Counted from the first letter of the stretch, positions 8,420 through 16,655 are shown. The stretch is DNA of 33,842 nucleotides from Candidatus Aenigmatarchaeota archaeon (GCA_016213555.1 JACRAC010000002.1:1-33842); one strand, 5' to 3'. Notes: generated by a model from the sequence alone, not told the origin. Made by a program: numbers and translations.

Positions 8420-9163
8420 CTAAAGCTTTGATACTAAACTTTGTACCTTTTCTGTGCTGCAAGCAGGTGCTTTATTCTTGCTATTATAACAAATAATAGC
8501 AGTTATGACATCTGCTTCATTGTTTATGCTAATAGCTTCTTTTGCATCTGGATTGTTTTTCAGATCTTCCTGTATTTCAAAAAAAGACAAACCACTTAAA
8601 GTTCCAGGAGAATATCCAGAACTTATCTGAACGTACACACCTTTCTTGCCTGATATCATAAGAAAAGGTATGGATCCTTTTGGATTGTATTTGTTGAAAA
8701 CCTCCTGCTCCTCAGTTGTGAGCTTTTCCAATTCATTGAAATCTCTGTCCTGTATTTCTTTATGATCAAATCTAACATAACCGCTCGTATAGTCTACTCC
8801 AATAAGATGGAATGTCGCTAGATTTGATGGCATGTCTTTTATTTCAGCACTAGTTGTTCCTTTCAGTTCTCCAAGCTCTCCAAATTTTTTCAAGCTTTCT
8901 ACTAAAGGCCATCGTTGTGCTGCACAAAATGGACAAAATTCGCCTCCTACAAACAATACTCTAACTTTGCCATCTGAATTAGCTGGCTGATTTGAGTACT
9001 GAAAATAGTTTCCTAATGTCTTTACAGGAGCTGTTAGTTCTTTTTCTGTACTTTCAATTGCCTGTCCTGTAACAGGTTTTGAAGGATTTAGAAGAATCAA
9101 TCCTACTATTACAGTTACAATGACAACAACCACAGCTGCTATTACTATTTTATTTTTCATCAA
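8420..9163 (-). CDS. DUF929-like membrane-anchored thioredoxin-fold protein
   Basis: N-terminal TM, GK..VLFVGGEFCPFCAAQRWPL..L.KFG, SIPF cis-Pro, and IT.IIC...C. Confidence 0.8.
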   Translation of the reverse strand: MMKNKIVIAAVVVVIVTVIVGLILLNPSKPVTGQAIESTEKELTAPVKTLGNYFQYSNQPANSDGKVRVLFVGGEFCPFCAAQRWPLVESLKKFGELGELKGTTSAEIKDMPSNLATFHLIGVDYTSGYVRFDHKEIQDRDFNELEKLTTEEQEVFNKYNPKGSIPFLMISGKKGVYVQISSGYSPGTLSGLSFFEIQEDLKNNPDAKEAISINNEADVITAIICYNSKNKAPACSTEKVQSLVSKL

Positions 9164-9172
9164 TTCACCCCA

Positions 9173-9193
9173 TTACATTTACAATTAATGTAA
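9173..9193. promoter_or_regulatory. Candidate operator palindrome TTACATT-N7-AATGTAA
   Basis: Perfect 7-bp inverted repeat between a minus-strand TATA (about 9220-9228) and the DUF929 start at 9163. Confidence 0.45.
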
Positions 9194-9269
9194 AACTTAC
9201 TTGTATTGAGATTAAATTGTATATATAACTATTCATTAAACCATATGTTTAAGGTGTAAAAGAATTGGT

Positions 9270-9893
9270 TTAACGCTGTGGGCAACTATCTATAATAATT
9301 TTTCCTAGCATAGTCAAGTTAATAGACAATCTACCCTTTTTTTCATTGACCTCTACAAGACCCATATTTGCTAATCCTTCTGATTTTCTACTTCCATTTA
9401 TATGGTAGGAAACCAATGGTAAACTCATTTTTAGCTTTTTTGACAATTCATCAAATGATGCACAGCATGTTTTGTCGTCTCTAAGGACTCTTAAAATTTC
9501 CAGCTTTTTCTCAGGAATCAATTTATAGTAAGAAAAGTTTAATGTAGGAAGCATATTTACTTCTCCATCGTTTACTGAAAAAGCTTTCAATCCATTTACA
9601 AAAGCAGCGCAAATTGCAGGACATTGATTTTTAGCTGTAGAAATATTTACTAGAACATTTTCATTTGCTGCTTTGATATCTGAAAATATTTTGAATATAG
9701 AACTCCAAGAACCTTCAGTTTTCATAATTTTTACAGGTATATTAAATTTCTTCAGTTCTTTCAAAGATAATTTTGTATTATCCATTGTTTTATCAATAGA
9801 AACAATAATAATTTTCTCTATTTGAAATTCTTTAATTCCAATAAACAAATTCTTAAGGTTATCTTCTGAAATAGCAACCATTGTATGCTTCAT
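9270..9893 (-). CDS. Transcriptional regulator, CARF-like/DUF6293-type N-domain plus winged HTH
   Basis: Rossmann-like N-terminus with VLVNISTA, then LP, then SFDELSKKLKMSLPLVSYHING....GL..MGLVE...LT.LG wHTH. Confidence 0.75.
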   Translation of the reverse strand: MKHTMVAISEDNLKNLFIGIKEFQIEKIIIVSIDKTMDNTKLSLKELKKFNIPVKIMKTEGSWSSIFKIFSDIKAANENVLVNISTAKNQCPAICAAFVNGLKAFSVNDGEVNMLPTLNFSYYKLIPEKKLEILRVLRDDKTCCASFDELSKKLKMSLPLVSYHINGSRKSEGLANMGLVEVNEKKGRLSINLTMLGKIIIDSCPQR

Positions 9894-9966
9894 AAGTATT
9901 TGATATTTTTCATTTAATTTAAATCTTTATTTTAAAAGCTAAATATAATATTTAATAGGCAATTTA

Positions 9967-10203
9967 ATGAAAGTAAAAATATATGGATCAAAAGGATGTC
10001 TTCAGTGCTTAATGCTTAAAGAGTTTCTGAAAAAACATAAAATAAAATATAAGGAAATTGATGTAGAAGATAATGAAGATGCATTCAAGAAAATGGTAAA
10101 TAAATCAAATCAAGATAGGACTCCTGTAGTTGAGATAGATAATAAAATTATCATAGGTTATGATAAGCCAAAATTAGAGAAGCTTTTAAAAATCAAAGAA
10201 TAA
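9967..10203 (+). CDS. Glutaredoxin/NrdH-like redoxin
   Basis: CLQC, TPVVEID and IIGYD motifs. Confidence 0.9.
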   Translation: MKVKIYGSKGCLQCLMLKEFLKKHKIKYKEIDVEDNEDAFKKMVNKSNQDRTPVVEIDNKIIIGYDKPKLEKLLKIKE

Positions 10204-10255
10204 CTTTCTTTAAATGTTTTCTAAGATGATGTTTAGAAATAGCTCTAAGAGTAAT

Positions 10256-10401
10256 GCTGGGGTAGCCAAGTGGTTACGGCGCTAATTCGTAAACTATATT
10301 TTACGAAGCGTGTGCCTGCTAATAACATTTGCTTTAAAAAAGCAAACTAGCTGTAAGCTAGTTTCCGAAAGGATGCGTGGGTTCGAATCCCACCTCCAGC
10401 G
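10256..10401 (+). tRNA. tRNA-Ser(GCT) with two introns (10285-10313 at about 29/30; 10322-10355 at 37/38)
   Basis: Acceptor GCTGGGG/CTCCAGC with G73, long variable arm, GTTCGAATCC. Removing both BHB introns gives the anticodon arm CTAGC-CT GCT AA-GCTAG. Confidence 0.88.
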
Positions 10402-10409
10402 CTTACCCA

Positions 10410-10434
10410 AACTTTTCTTTTGAAAAGAAAAGTT
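10410..10434. repeat. Perfect AT-rich palindrome downstream of tRNA-Ser (possible terminator)
   Basis: AACTTTTCTTTT-G-AAAAGAAAAGTT, 12-bp arms. Confidence 0.6.
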
Positions 10435-10476
10435 ACGGTTCTATCAAAAGAAACTTCAGTTCTAAAGAACTGATTA

Positions 10477-11031
10477 TTGGCGAATTATATGAAAAAGGTA
10501 CATATAACGTATTTTGTGCACGGAACTACTACTGATAATGAGGCTGGCTTGAGTAGTGGATGGAGTGATGTAGGTTTAAGTGACTTAGGAAAGAAACAAA
10601 ACTTAGATCTTAAGGAACTTATCAAAAGAAGCAAGTTTGATATTGTTTTCACAAGCGATCTTAGAAGAGCAAAAGAAACAGCTAACTTTGTATTTAATGG
10701 AACTAAGATTATTGAAGATAAGCGCTTAAGAGAATTAAATTATGGCGTGCTACAAGGTGCTAGAGAAGAAGAGATCGTTTATGAAAAACATATTTCTAAC
10801 AGATTTCCTAATGGAGAATCTCTTAAAGATGTAGAAAAAAGGATGAAAGAATTTTTAGATTATCTGAAGAATAACTATTCTGGAAAACACGTAGCTGTAG
10901 TGGCTCATAAGGCTCCTCAACTTGCTTTGGATGTTTTGCTGAATGGAATGACATGGAATCAAGCTATTGAAAATGATTGGAGACATAAAAAAGCCTGGAA
11001 ACCTGGATGGGATTATTTGTTAGAATGTTAG
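10477..11031 (+). CDS. Histidine phosphatase family protein (likely start 10489)
   Basis: FVHG.T.DN, SDL.RA.ET, LRE.NYG, FPNGES and VVAH motifs. Confidence 0.9.
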   Translation: MANYMKKVHITYFVHGTTTDNEAGLSSGWSDVGLSDLGKKQNLDLKELIKRSKFDIVFTSDLRRAKETANFVFNGTKIIEDKRLRELNYGVLQGAREEEIVYEKHISNRFPNGESLKDVEKRMKEFLDYLKNNYSGKHVAVVAHKAPQLALDVLLNGMTWNQAIENDWRHKKAWKPGWDYLLEC

Positions 11032-11076
11032 GTGTATACTCATATTTTATAAAGTTTTCTCATTAATTATAATTCT

Positions 11077-12657
11077 ATGACATCTAGGTCTAAAAGTTTA
11101 TTTAATACTGCAGATCCTGATATGAGAAAACTTCTTGAGAAAGAGGCAGTGTTGACTGATTTAGGTAATGCTTCTGGACTTGCTTATTGGGATCAAGATG
11201 TAAATATGCCAGAAGGTGGAGAAGATGCAAGAGTAAAACTTATCTCTACTTTGGATACTATACAACATGATCTACAGACAAGAAGATATTTAGATAGGCT
11301 TATAACAAGACTTGAGGGCAAAGTAGATAATGGAGATTTTTCTGAATACGATAGGGCTCTTTTAAGAGAACTTAGAACTGATTATGATTTAGCATCTAAA
11401 CTTCCTAGAAGATTTGTAACTGAACAAAGCAAAGTTAATTCTAAAGCTCAACAAACATGGAAGAGAGCTAAAATGGCTAATGATGGAAAAGGAGATTTTT
11501 CATTATTTGCTTCTGATCTGGCAGCTGTGTTTGATTTAAAAAGAAGAGAGGCAGATTATCTGGGATTTCAAGGACATCCATATAATGCTTTGTTAGATCA
11601 GTATGAACAAGGGTTAACTGTAGAGCAACTAGACACTATTTTTCCTGTATTAGTAGATGCTACAAAAACCATTCTAGATCGTGTAGAAGGTGCTGAAGTA
11701 GATAGAAGTTTTCTTTCTTTAAAATATCCTAGAGGAGTTCAGTGGTCTTTTGCCAGAAGACTGTCTAGATCTTTAGGATTTGATTTTACTAGAGGAAGAC
11801 TAGATAGAGCAGTACACCCATTTACAATAAAGTTTGATCCTACTGATGTAAGAATAACTAATAGAGCAGATCCTAATTATTTGCCTGCTGGAGTATTTGG
11901 AGTTATTCATGAAACAGGACATGCTCTATATGAACAAGGAGTTGATAGAGGACTGTCAGGAACAAGACTTGCTACAGGTACATCTATGGGTATACATGAA
12001 TCTCAATCAAGATTTTGGGAAAACTATGTAGGTAGAAGTAATGAATTTTGGGAATATTGGTTTCCAATGCTTCAGAGAAAATTTCCAAGTCAATTAGGAT
12101 CTGTTAATGTAGATCAGTTTGTTAAAGCGATAAATGCTGTTAGGCCTTCTCCAATTAGAATAGAGGCTGATGAAATAACATATAATATACATGTAGTTAT
12201 TCGTTATGAAATTGAGAGAGATTTATTATCAGGTAAAATACAAACAAAAGATGTTCCAATGATTTGGAACGAGAAAATGAGATCGTATTTAGGAATTGAT
12301 CCTCAAACAGATTCTCAAGGAGCTTTACAAGATGTTCATTGGTCTAGTGGTCTTGTAGGATATTTTCCTTCATATTCTCTTGGAAATATATATGCAGCTC
12401 AGTTTTATAATTCTTTAAGAAATCAGCATCCAGATATTGATAGAAGTATTTCTAAAGGCGAGTATGGTTTTATTAGACAATGGTTGAGGGAAAATATACA
12501 TAGACATGGAAGTGTTTATAGACCAGGAGATTTATCTACGAATGTTACAGGTGAGCAATTAAATCCACAATATTTTGTTGATTATGCTATGAATAAATTT
12601 GGACGGTTGTATGGAATTGATTTAAAAACATCTCAACTTAATCCACTTCATGCCTAG
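11077..12657 (+). CDS. Carboxypeptidase M32 (Taq/Pfu type)
   Basis: HPF, D.RIT, HETGH, HESQSR, IRIEADE, G.LQDVHW and GYFPSY.LG motifs. Confidence 0.96.
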   Translation: MTSRSKSLFNTADPDMRKLLEKEAVLTDLGNASGLAYWDQDVNMPEGGEDARVKLISTLDTIQHDLQTRRYLDRLITRLEGKVDNGDFSEYDRALLRELRTDYDLASKLPRRFVTEQSKVNSKAQQTWKRAKMANDGKGDFSLFASDLAAVFDLKRREADYLGFQGHPYNALLDQYEQGLTVEQLDTIFPVLVDATKTILDRVEGAEVDRSFLSLKYPRGVQWSFARRLSRSLGFDFTRGRLDRAVHPFTIKFDPTDVRITNRADPNYLPAGVFGVIHETGHALYEQGVDRGLSGTRLATGTSMGIHESQSRFWENYVGRSNEFWEYWFPMLQRKFPSQLGSVNVDQFVKAINAVRPSPIRIEADEITYNIHVVIRYEIERDLLSGKIQTKDVPMIWNEKMRSYLGIDPQTDSQGALQDVHWSSGLVGYFPSYSLGNIYAAQFYNSLRNQHPDIDRSISKGEYGFIRQWLRENIHRHGSVYRPGDLSTNVTGEQLNPQYFVDYAMNKFGRLYGIDLKTSQLNPLHA

Positions 12658-12715
12658 AAAATCTTAATAATTATTAATTATTGCTCTTTATAAATATTCT
12701 AAATAATGTGGTAGA

Positions 12716-13585
12716 ATGGGCATTGAAGAAGTTTTTAATGAAAATTTTGTAATACCTTTGGGAAATTACTATACCCCTGTTAATACTATTATTTATGGTT
12801 TAGTATTTGCTTTGGCAGTTTTCGGAGTTTATAAACTTCTCAGAAGAATGAATGTTGATATTGATAGAAATTTTGTAATAGGAATAGTTCCTTATGTTGT
12901 TCTTGGTAGCGTGCTTAGGGTATTGAGGGATGCAAAACTTCTTGATTACTGGTTTTTTGCATCACCGATAATCTATATGCTTTTGTTTGTAGTTGCTACG
13001 ATTACTTTGGTATTTAGCAAACAGCTGGAAAAATTTGCAAAAGCTGCTAAAAAGAAGTCAGGACTTACAGACTTTCTTTCAGATTATCATAGACTTTGGT
13101 GTTTATTAGGAATAATACTAGTTATTGCAGGATTTGTAATACTTTCCACAGTTGGTTACAAAAATTATTATGCAAGCGGTCTTATGTTAGGATTGGCTGC
13201 TATATGGGGAGCCATTCTTTATCTTGCTTATGAAGCTAGAGAAAAATTCGGGGAGAAATATAAATTCTTAAGTGTATTTTCCAAGGAAAACTGCTTGTTA
13301 TTAGGAATACATTTATTTGACGCTTCTACAACATTTGTTGCATTGACCTTCTATCCATATTATGAACAGCATGTGGTTTCTAACTTTGTTATAGGCTTTT
13401 TAGGACCTGCTGGACAATTTGTCCTTAAAATTGCTGTAGTTACTGTTGTATTATGGGCTTTGGACAATTACTTGAAGACAGACAAGGATAGCATTTACAT
13501 GAGAAATTTCATCAAGATAGCAATATTTATCCTAGGATTTGCACCTGGGTTTAGAAACTTCTTGAGATTAGGATTTGGAGTATAA
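12716..13585 (+). CDS. DUF63 family membrane protein
   Basis: Y..VNT..YG, P....G..LRVL.D, H.FDA.TT, Y.EQHV and LG.APG.RN..R...GV motifs. Confidence 0.85.
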   Translation: MGIEEVFNENFVIPLGNYYTPVNTIIYGLVFALAVFGVYKLLRRMNVDIDRNFVIGIVPYVVLGSVLRVLRDAKLLDYWFFASPIIYMLLFVVATITLVFSKQLEKFAKAAKKKSGLTDFLSDYHRLWCLLGIILVIAGFVILSTVGYKNYYASGLMLGLAAIWGAILYLAYEAREKFGEKYKFLSVFSKENCLLLGIHLFDASTTFVALTFYPYYEQHVVSNFVIGFLGPAGQFVLKIAVVTVVLWALDNYLKTDKDSIYMRNFIKIAIFILGFAPGFRNFLRLGFGV

Positions 13586-13720
13586 ATCTAAGCATTTTCT
13601 TTTTATAAAAAGAATTCTTGGTAGTTTCCTAATAGAAATTCGACAGCCATATGGTCATTCATAAATTTACCAGTTGATTAATGGATTTAAACTCTTTCTT
13701 CCTATATTGCTTTATTAGAT

Positions 13721-13810
13721 GGGCCGGTGGTCTAGCGGTTATCTTTAAAGAGCGTAAATGACGCCGCCCTTACAAGGCGGATATCGCAGGTTCGATTCCT
13801 GCTCGGCCCA
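13721..13810 (+). tRNA. tRNA-Val(TAC) with a 17-nt D-loop intron (13741-13757)
   Basis: GGGCCGG/TCGGCCC-A acceptor, CCGCC-CT TAC AA-GGCGG anticodon arm, GTTCGATTC. Intron removal restores GTCTAGCGGTTATGAC. Confidence 0.9.
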
Positions 13811-14323
13811 CTTTAAAAATTTTTTATTATGTTTAGAATTATTCGGGGTTACTAGTTTCCACCATCTAATTACGTTTTTACTACCCATGCTATAAATCCT
13901 GTATCTTTTATATATTTTTTTAGTTCTTTTGTCAAAACTTTCATGTTTGAAAATACTATGTTTAAATTCTAAATTTTTTAAAATTTGTGAGATATCTTTT
14001 TTTAGATTGTTACTATTTGTTACTATCTCAATAATTGGATATTTTTTATCTCTTAATCTAAAACAACCGTCAGAATCTATTATACCCCTTAAAAAAGCTA
14101 TTTGAAATTGTTTGCTTGAAAGTATCCATTTAGGTATTCTTATGTTATTTTTTGGAGATTCTTGTACATTCAAAATATCTCTGAAGAAATGAAAAACAGC
14201 TTTTGATCTCAGTCTTATTCTTATACCATTCTTATTTTTTAAGTAATCTAATTTAATGTTATTAAAATTGAACAAATTCTGCTTTCTTTTTATTAGTATA
14301 GACTCAAAATATTCTATATCATC
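13745..14323 (-). pseudogene. C-terminal 192 aa of a LAGLIDADG-family protein separated from its N-terminus by an inversion
   Basis: RIPKWI...AFLRGIIDSDG second LAGLIDADG helix. The frame is open upstream of the ORF-track start up to the breakpoint at 14323-14325. Confidence 0.85.
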
Positions 14324-14471
14324 TATCTCTTGCTGGAAAAAGTGTCTCCACAGTAGCTTTCATTGCCTCATTCCAAAATAAACCAACTACAAACACCATA
14401 GAAGTAACAATAGCTGCAAGAAACATCATCTTAAAATCTTGTTTTTCAGCAGATTCTTGAACAGAAGCCAT
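14319..14471 (-). pseudogene. N-terminal half of a DUF5654-like small membrane protein
   Basis: MASVQESAEKQDFKMMFLAAIVTSMVFVVGLFWNEAMKATVETLFPARD(R*). The F...L.WN.A motif is present and the ORF stops at the breakpoint. Confidence 0.75.
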
Positions 14472-14805
14472 AATAACCTAATAATTATTTAGTTTTTAGA
14501 AGTTAAAAAAGATAACTAGCGTGGAAATTTTAACATATATTCTCTGAAATATATTTTTGTGTTTTTGAGCTCTAGGCAAAGTTTGTATATATTCTACAAT
14601 CTTTAGTTACATATGAATCTGGATCTTTCAAATGTTGAATTTAGCAAGAATGATTTAAGACGTAGAATAAGAATTCCTGAAATTTTGTCAGAAGAACTAG
14701 CAGAAGATGTAGGGTTTCATATAGGAGATGGATATATGAGATCCAGAAAGAATAAAAACGATAATGAGATTAAATACGATTTTGATTATGCTGGTAGTAA
14801 TCTAG
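14323..14805. other. Precisely inverted 483-bp segment with 3-bp CTA/TAG inverted cores
   Basis: Flipping between CTA (14323-14325) and TAG (14803-14805) restores two complete in-frame genes. Confidence 0.85.
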
Positions 14806-14816
14806 CCTTGGTGTGA
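14613..14816 (+). pseudogene. N-terminal 64 aa of the LAGLIDADG-family protein
   Basis: IP..LSEELAEDVGFHIGDG first LAGLIDADG helix; terminates three codons after the breakpoint. Confidence 0.85.
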
Positions 14817-15025
14817 AATTTGCGACTGCTATGATTGTGACAGTGATAGTAGCATTTGCAATTTTCATATTATACAGATCTATAACTTTGGCTCAACGAG
14901 CTCAGAAAGGAGTTGTAAATCAGATGTCAAGACTAAAGATAGAACTAGATAAACAAAGAAAAGAAGCAGAAAGAAGACAGAAATTATTGGAAAAGGCTCT
15001 CGCAAAAGCCACTAAAAATCTATAG
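14804..15025 (+). pseudogene. C-terminal half of the DUF5654-like protein (TM helix plus coiled coil)
   Basis: SLGVKFATAMIVTVIVAFAIFIL..., which joins in frame to 14325-14471 after re-inversion. Confidence 0.75.
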
Positions 15026-15248
15026 TCTTTTTCTATGTTTGAAAAATAAATCTTTTATGCTCTGTGCTATAATTTGCTTTTCCTTATAGATAGTGTTGTT
15101 TTTAGAAGTTTTATAGATATTCATACACTTAACTTGGGGGAGATATTTTTACCATTCTTTTTCTATAGGTCTTTATAATACGAATATTCTTTTAGATACT
15201 TATTAGCCATTCAAAATTGTTAGTTTTAGAAAAAATAATATAAAATCC

Positions 15249-15818
15249 TTATGAAACACTTCTTATAAGATTCTCTAGCTCTTGATGAGTATTTATATAT
15301 AATTTGTTCAGCTCATTAAAATAAACATCATTTAATAAAATCTCTTTATCGTAGCATGTGAGCTTTGGAACGAGTTTTTGGTTTGTTACATCACCTTCTG
15401 GAAAAAAAGCGAGTGTGTTATGTGCAAATCTATTTATTATCTCCCTAATTCTGTCCATATTATCTGCTAAGTCTTTCAAATCCTTTCCCAATAATAAATA
15501 ATGTTCTTTTGTGAGTCTTCTGAAAAGTGATATTTTACTATTAAATGTCATAGGTCTTTCTTTAAGGATAAAATGATCAAAGATCTTTTTGATTTTCTCT
15601 TCATCCCCTGTAATATAGCCTTTAGGGTAAAATAGGTTTTGAATGAGTTGATCTAGAATTATTTCTATTTCTATGCTTATTGCAATTACATTACCTCTTA
15701 TTTCTCTTAATGCTTTCACTTGTAATTGCCAATCTTTAGCCAATTTCTTATCTATGTGAATTGATTGTCCTGGTGATATGGTTATCCAAGAATCTCTAGG
15801 TGCTATTGGGGTTTTCAT
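15249..15818 (-). CDS. HEPN-like (MtlR/Abi-type fold) protein with an altered Rx4H motif
   Basis: Helical pattern RG.VI....IE..LD, TF.SKI, and D.IREIINRFAH where RNxFAH is expected. Confidence 0.55.
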   Translation of the reverse strand: MKTPIAPRDSWITISPGQSIHIDKKLAKDWQLQVKALREIRGNVIAISIEIEIILDQLIQNLFYPKGYITGDEEKIKKIFDHFILKERPMTFNSKISLFRRLTKEHYLLLGKDLKDLADNMDRIREIINRFAHNTLAFFPEGDVTNQKLVPKLTCYDKEILLNDVYFNELNKLYINTHQELENLIRSVS

Positions 15819-15880
15819 GTTAATTTTATGGATATTAAAAATTTAATATAGGTTACTTTATTGGTGATAGATATTACTAT

Positions 15881-15968
15881 TATACTATGTGACATAACAA
15901 ACTAGAATATTATTATGACACTACTATATACAGAATGTATAATTATGTTCTAAATTGTTATACATTCT
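15881..15968 (+). repeat. Double-palindrome element, copy B
   Basis: Imperfect IR 15881-15897/15913-15928 and perfect IR AGAATGTATAA-N15-TTATACATTCT (15932-15968); aligns with the reverse complement of 17848-17933. Confidence 0.8.
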
Positions 15969-16081
15969 ACTATAATTCTCTATTGAAGATTGAAAGATAT
16001 TTTATGGATAACAAGAAGTTTATCATAGGAGGGTAATTTGAAACTTCGAGAATAATATATTAAAGCTAAAAACCCCTAAAA

Positions 16082-16327
16082 CTAAGGGTAATCTATACAA
16101 GATTCTGTATTATCGTTAGTACATCTTTTTATTCTCTTATATGTGTAATACCAACCTCTAAAGAATCCATATTTTTCCACGGCTTTGATACCATAGTTTG
16201 AACAAGATGAGTAGAAACGACATATAATCCCCTTTCTTTTATTATGGTTTCTACCAAATTTTCCATGCCATATTTTCTTTATGAAAAATATAGATAAGAA
16301 TCCTAGAATGCTATAATTTCTTTTCAT
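16082..16327 (-). CDS. YidD-like (DUF37, membrane insertion efficiency factor) protein
   Basis: CRFYSSCSNY...AVEKYG...G......RI.RC...D.P motif. Confidence 0.85.
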   Translation of the reverse strand: MKRNYSILGFLSIFFIKKIWHGKFGRNHNKRKGIICRFYSSCSNYGIKAVEKYGFFRGWYYTYKRIKRCTNDNTESCIDYP

Positions 16328-16655
16328 AATATAAGGGTTCTTCTTTATAATCAGCTGAACTGCATTTTGGACATTTTTTAATCTTATCCAATTCTGTTTG
16401 ATTTGCCTCTACATTTCTTTTTGCTTGATATGCAGCTCCTTTATCACCACAGCAATTTCCAATAACGCCCCAGTTATTAACATTTATATTATCTTTGATT
16501 TTTTTCTCCCTATTTGCCAAAGAATGCCATATTTTTTTACATTGGTTACAAGTTCTCTTAAACTCTGCCACGTGTTTTTTTGGATCAAAGTTATCTTTTG
16601 TTATTTTCATTTTATTCATATCAACACCTATAACAATAACATGTATCTGCACCAT
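16311..16655 (-). CDS. Zinc-ribbon protein (likely start at MNKMK, about 16619)
   Basis: RTCNQCKKIW...KCPKCSS, two CxxC pairs. Confidence 0.65.
   Translation of the reverse strand: MVQIHVIVIGVDMNKMKITKDNFDPKKHVAEFKRTCNQCKKIWHSLANREKKIKDNINVNNWGVIGNCCGDKGAAYQAKRNVEANQTELDKIKKCPKCSSADYKEEPLYYEKKL

Noticed and set aside
10347-10361. Apparent tRNA-Tyr anticodon arm CTAGC-TGTAA-GCTAG
   Set aside because: The loop is only 5 nt. G73, the long variable arm and two BHB motifs support Ser(GCT).
13745-14816. LAGLIDADG pieces as an intein or a group I/rRNA intron ORF
   Set aside because: No intein splicing motifs and no host gene or rRNA around them. The reconstructed gene has its own ATG and TATA-like element.
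15020-15212. Short minus-strand frames (MANKYLKEYSYYKDL*, MNIYKTSKNN...)
   Set aside because: Interrupted by stops with no recognisable family; at most a decayed remnant.
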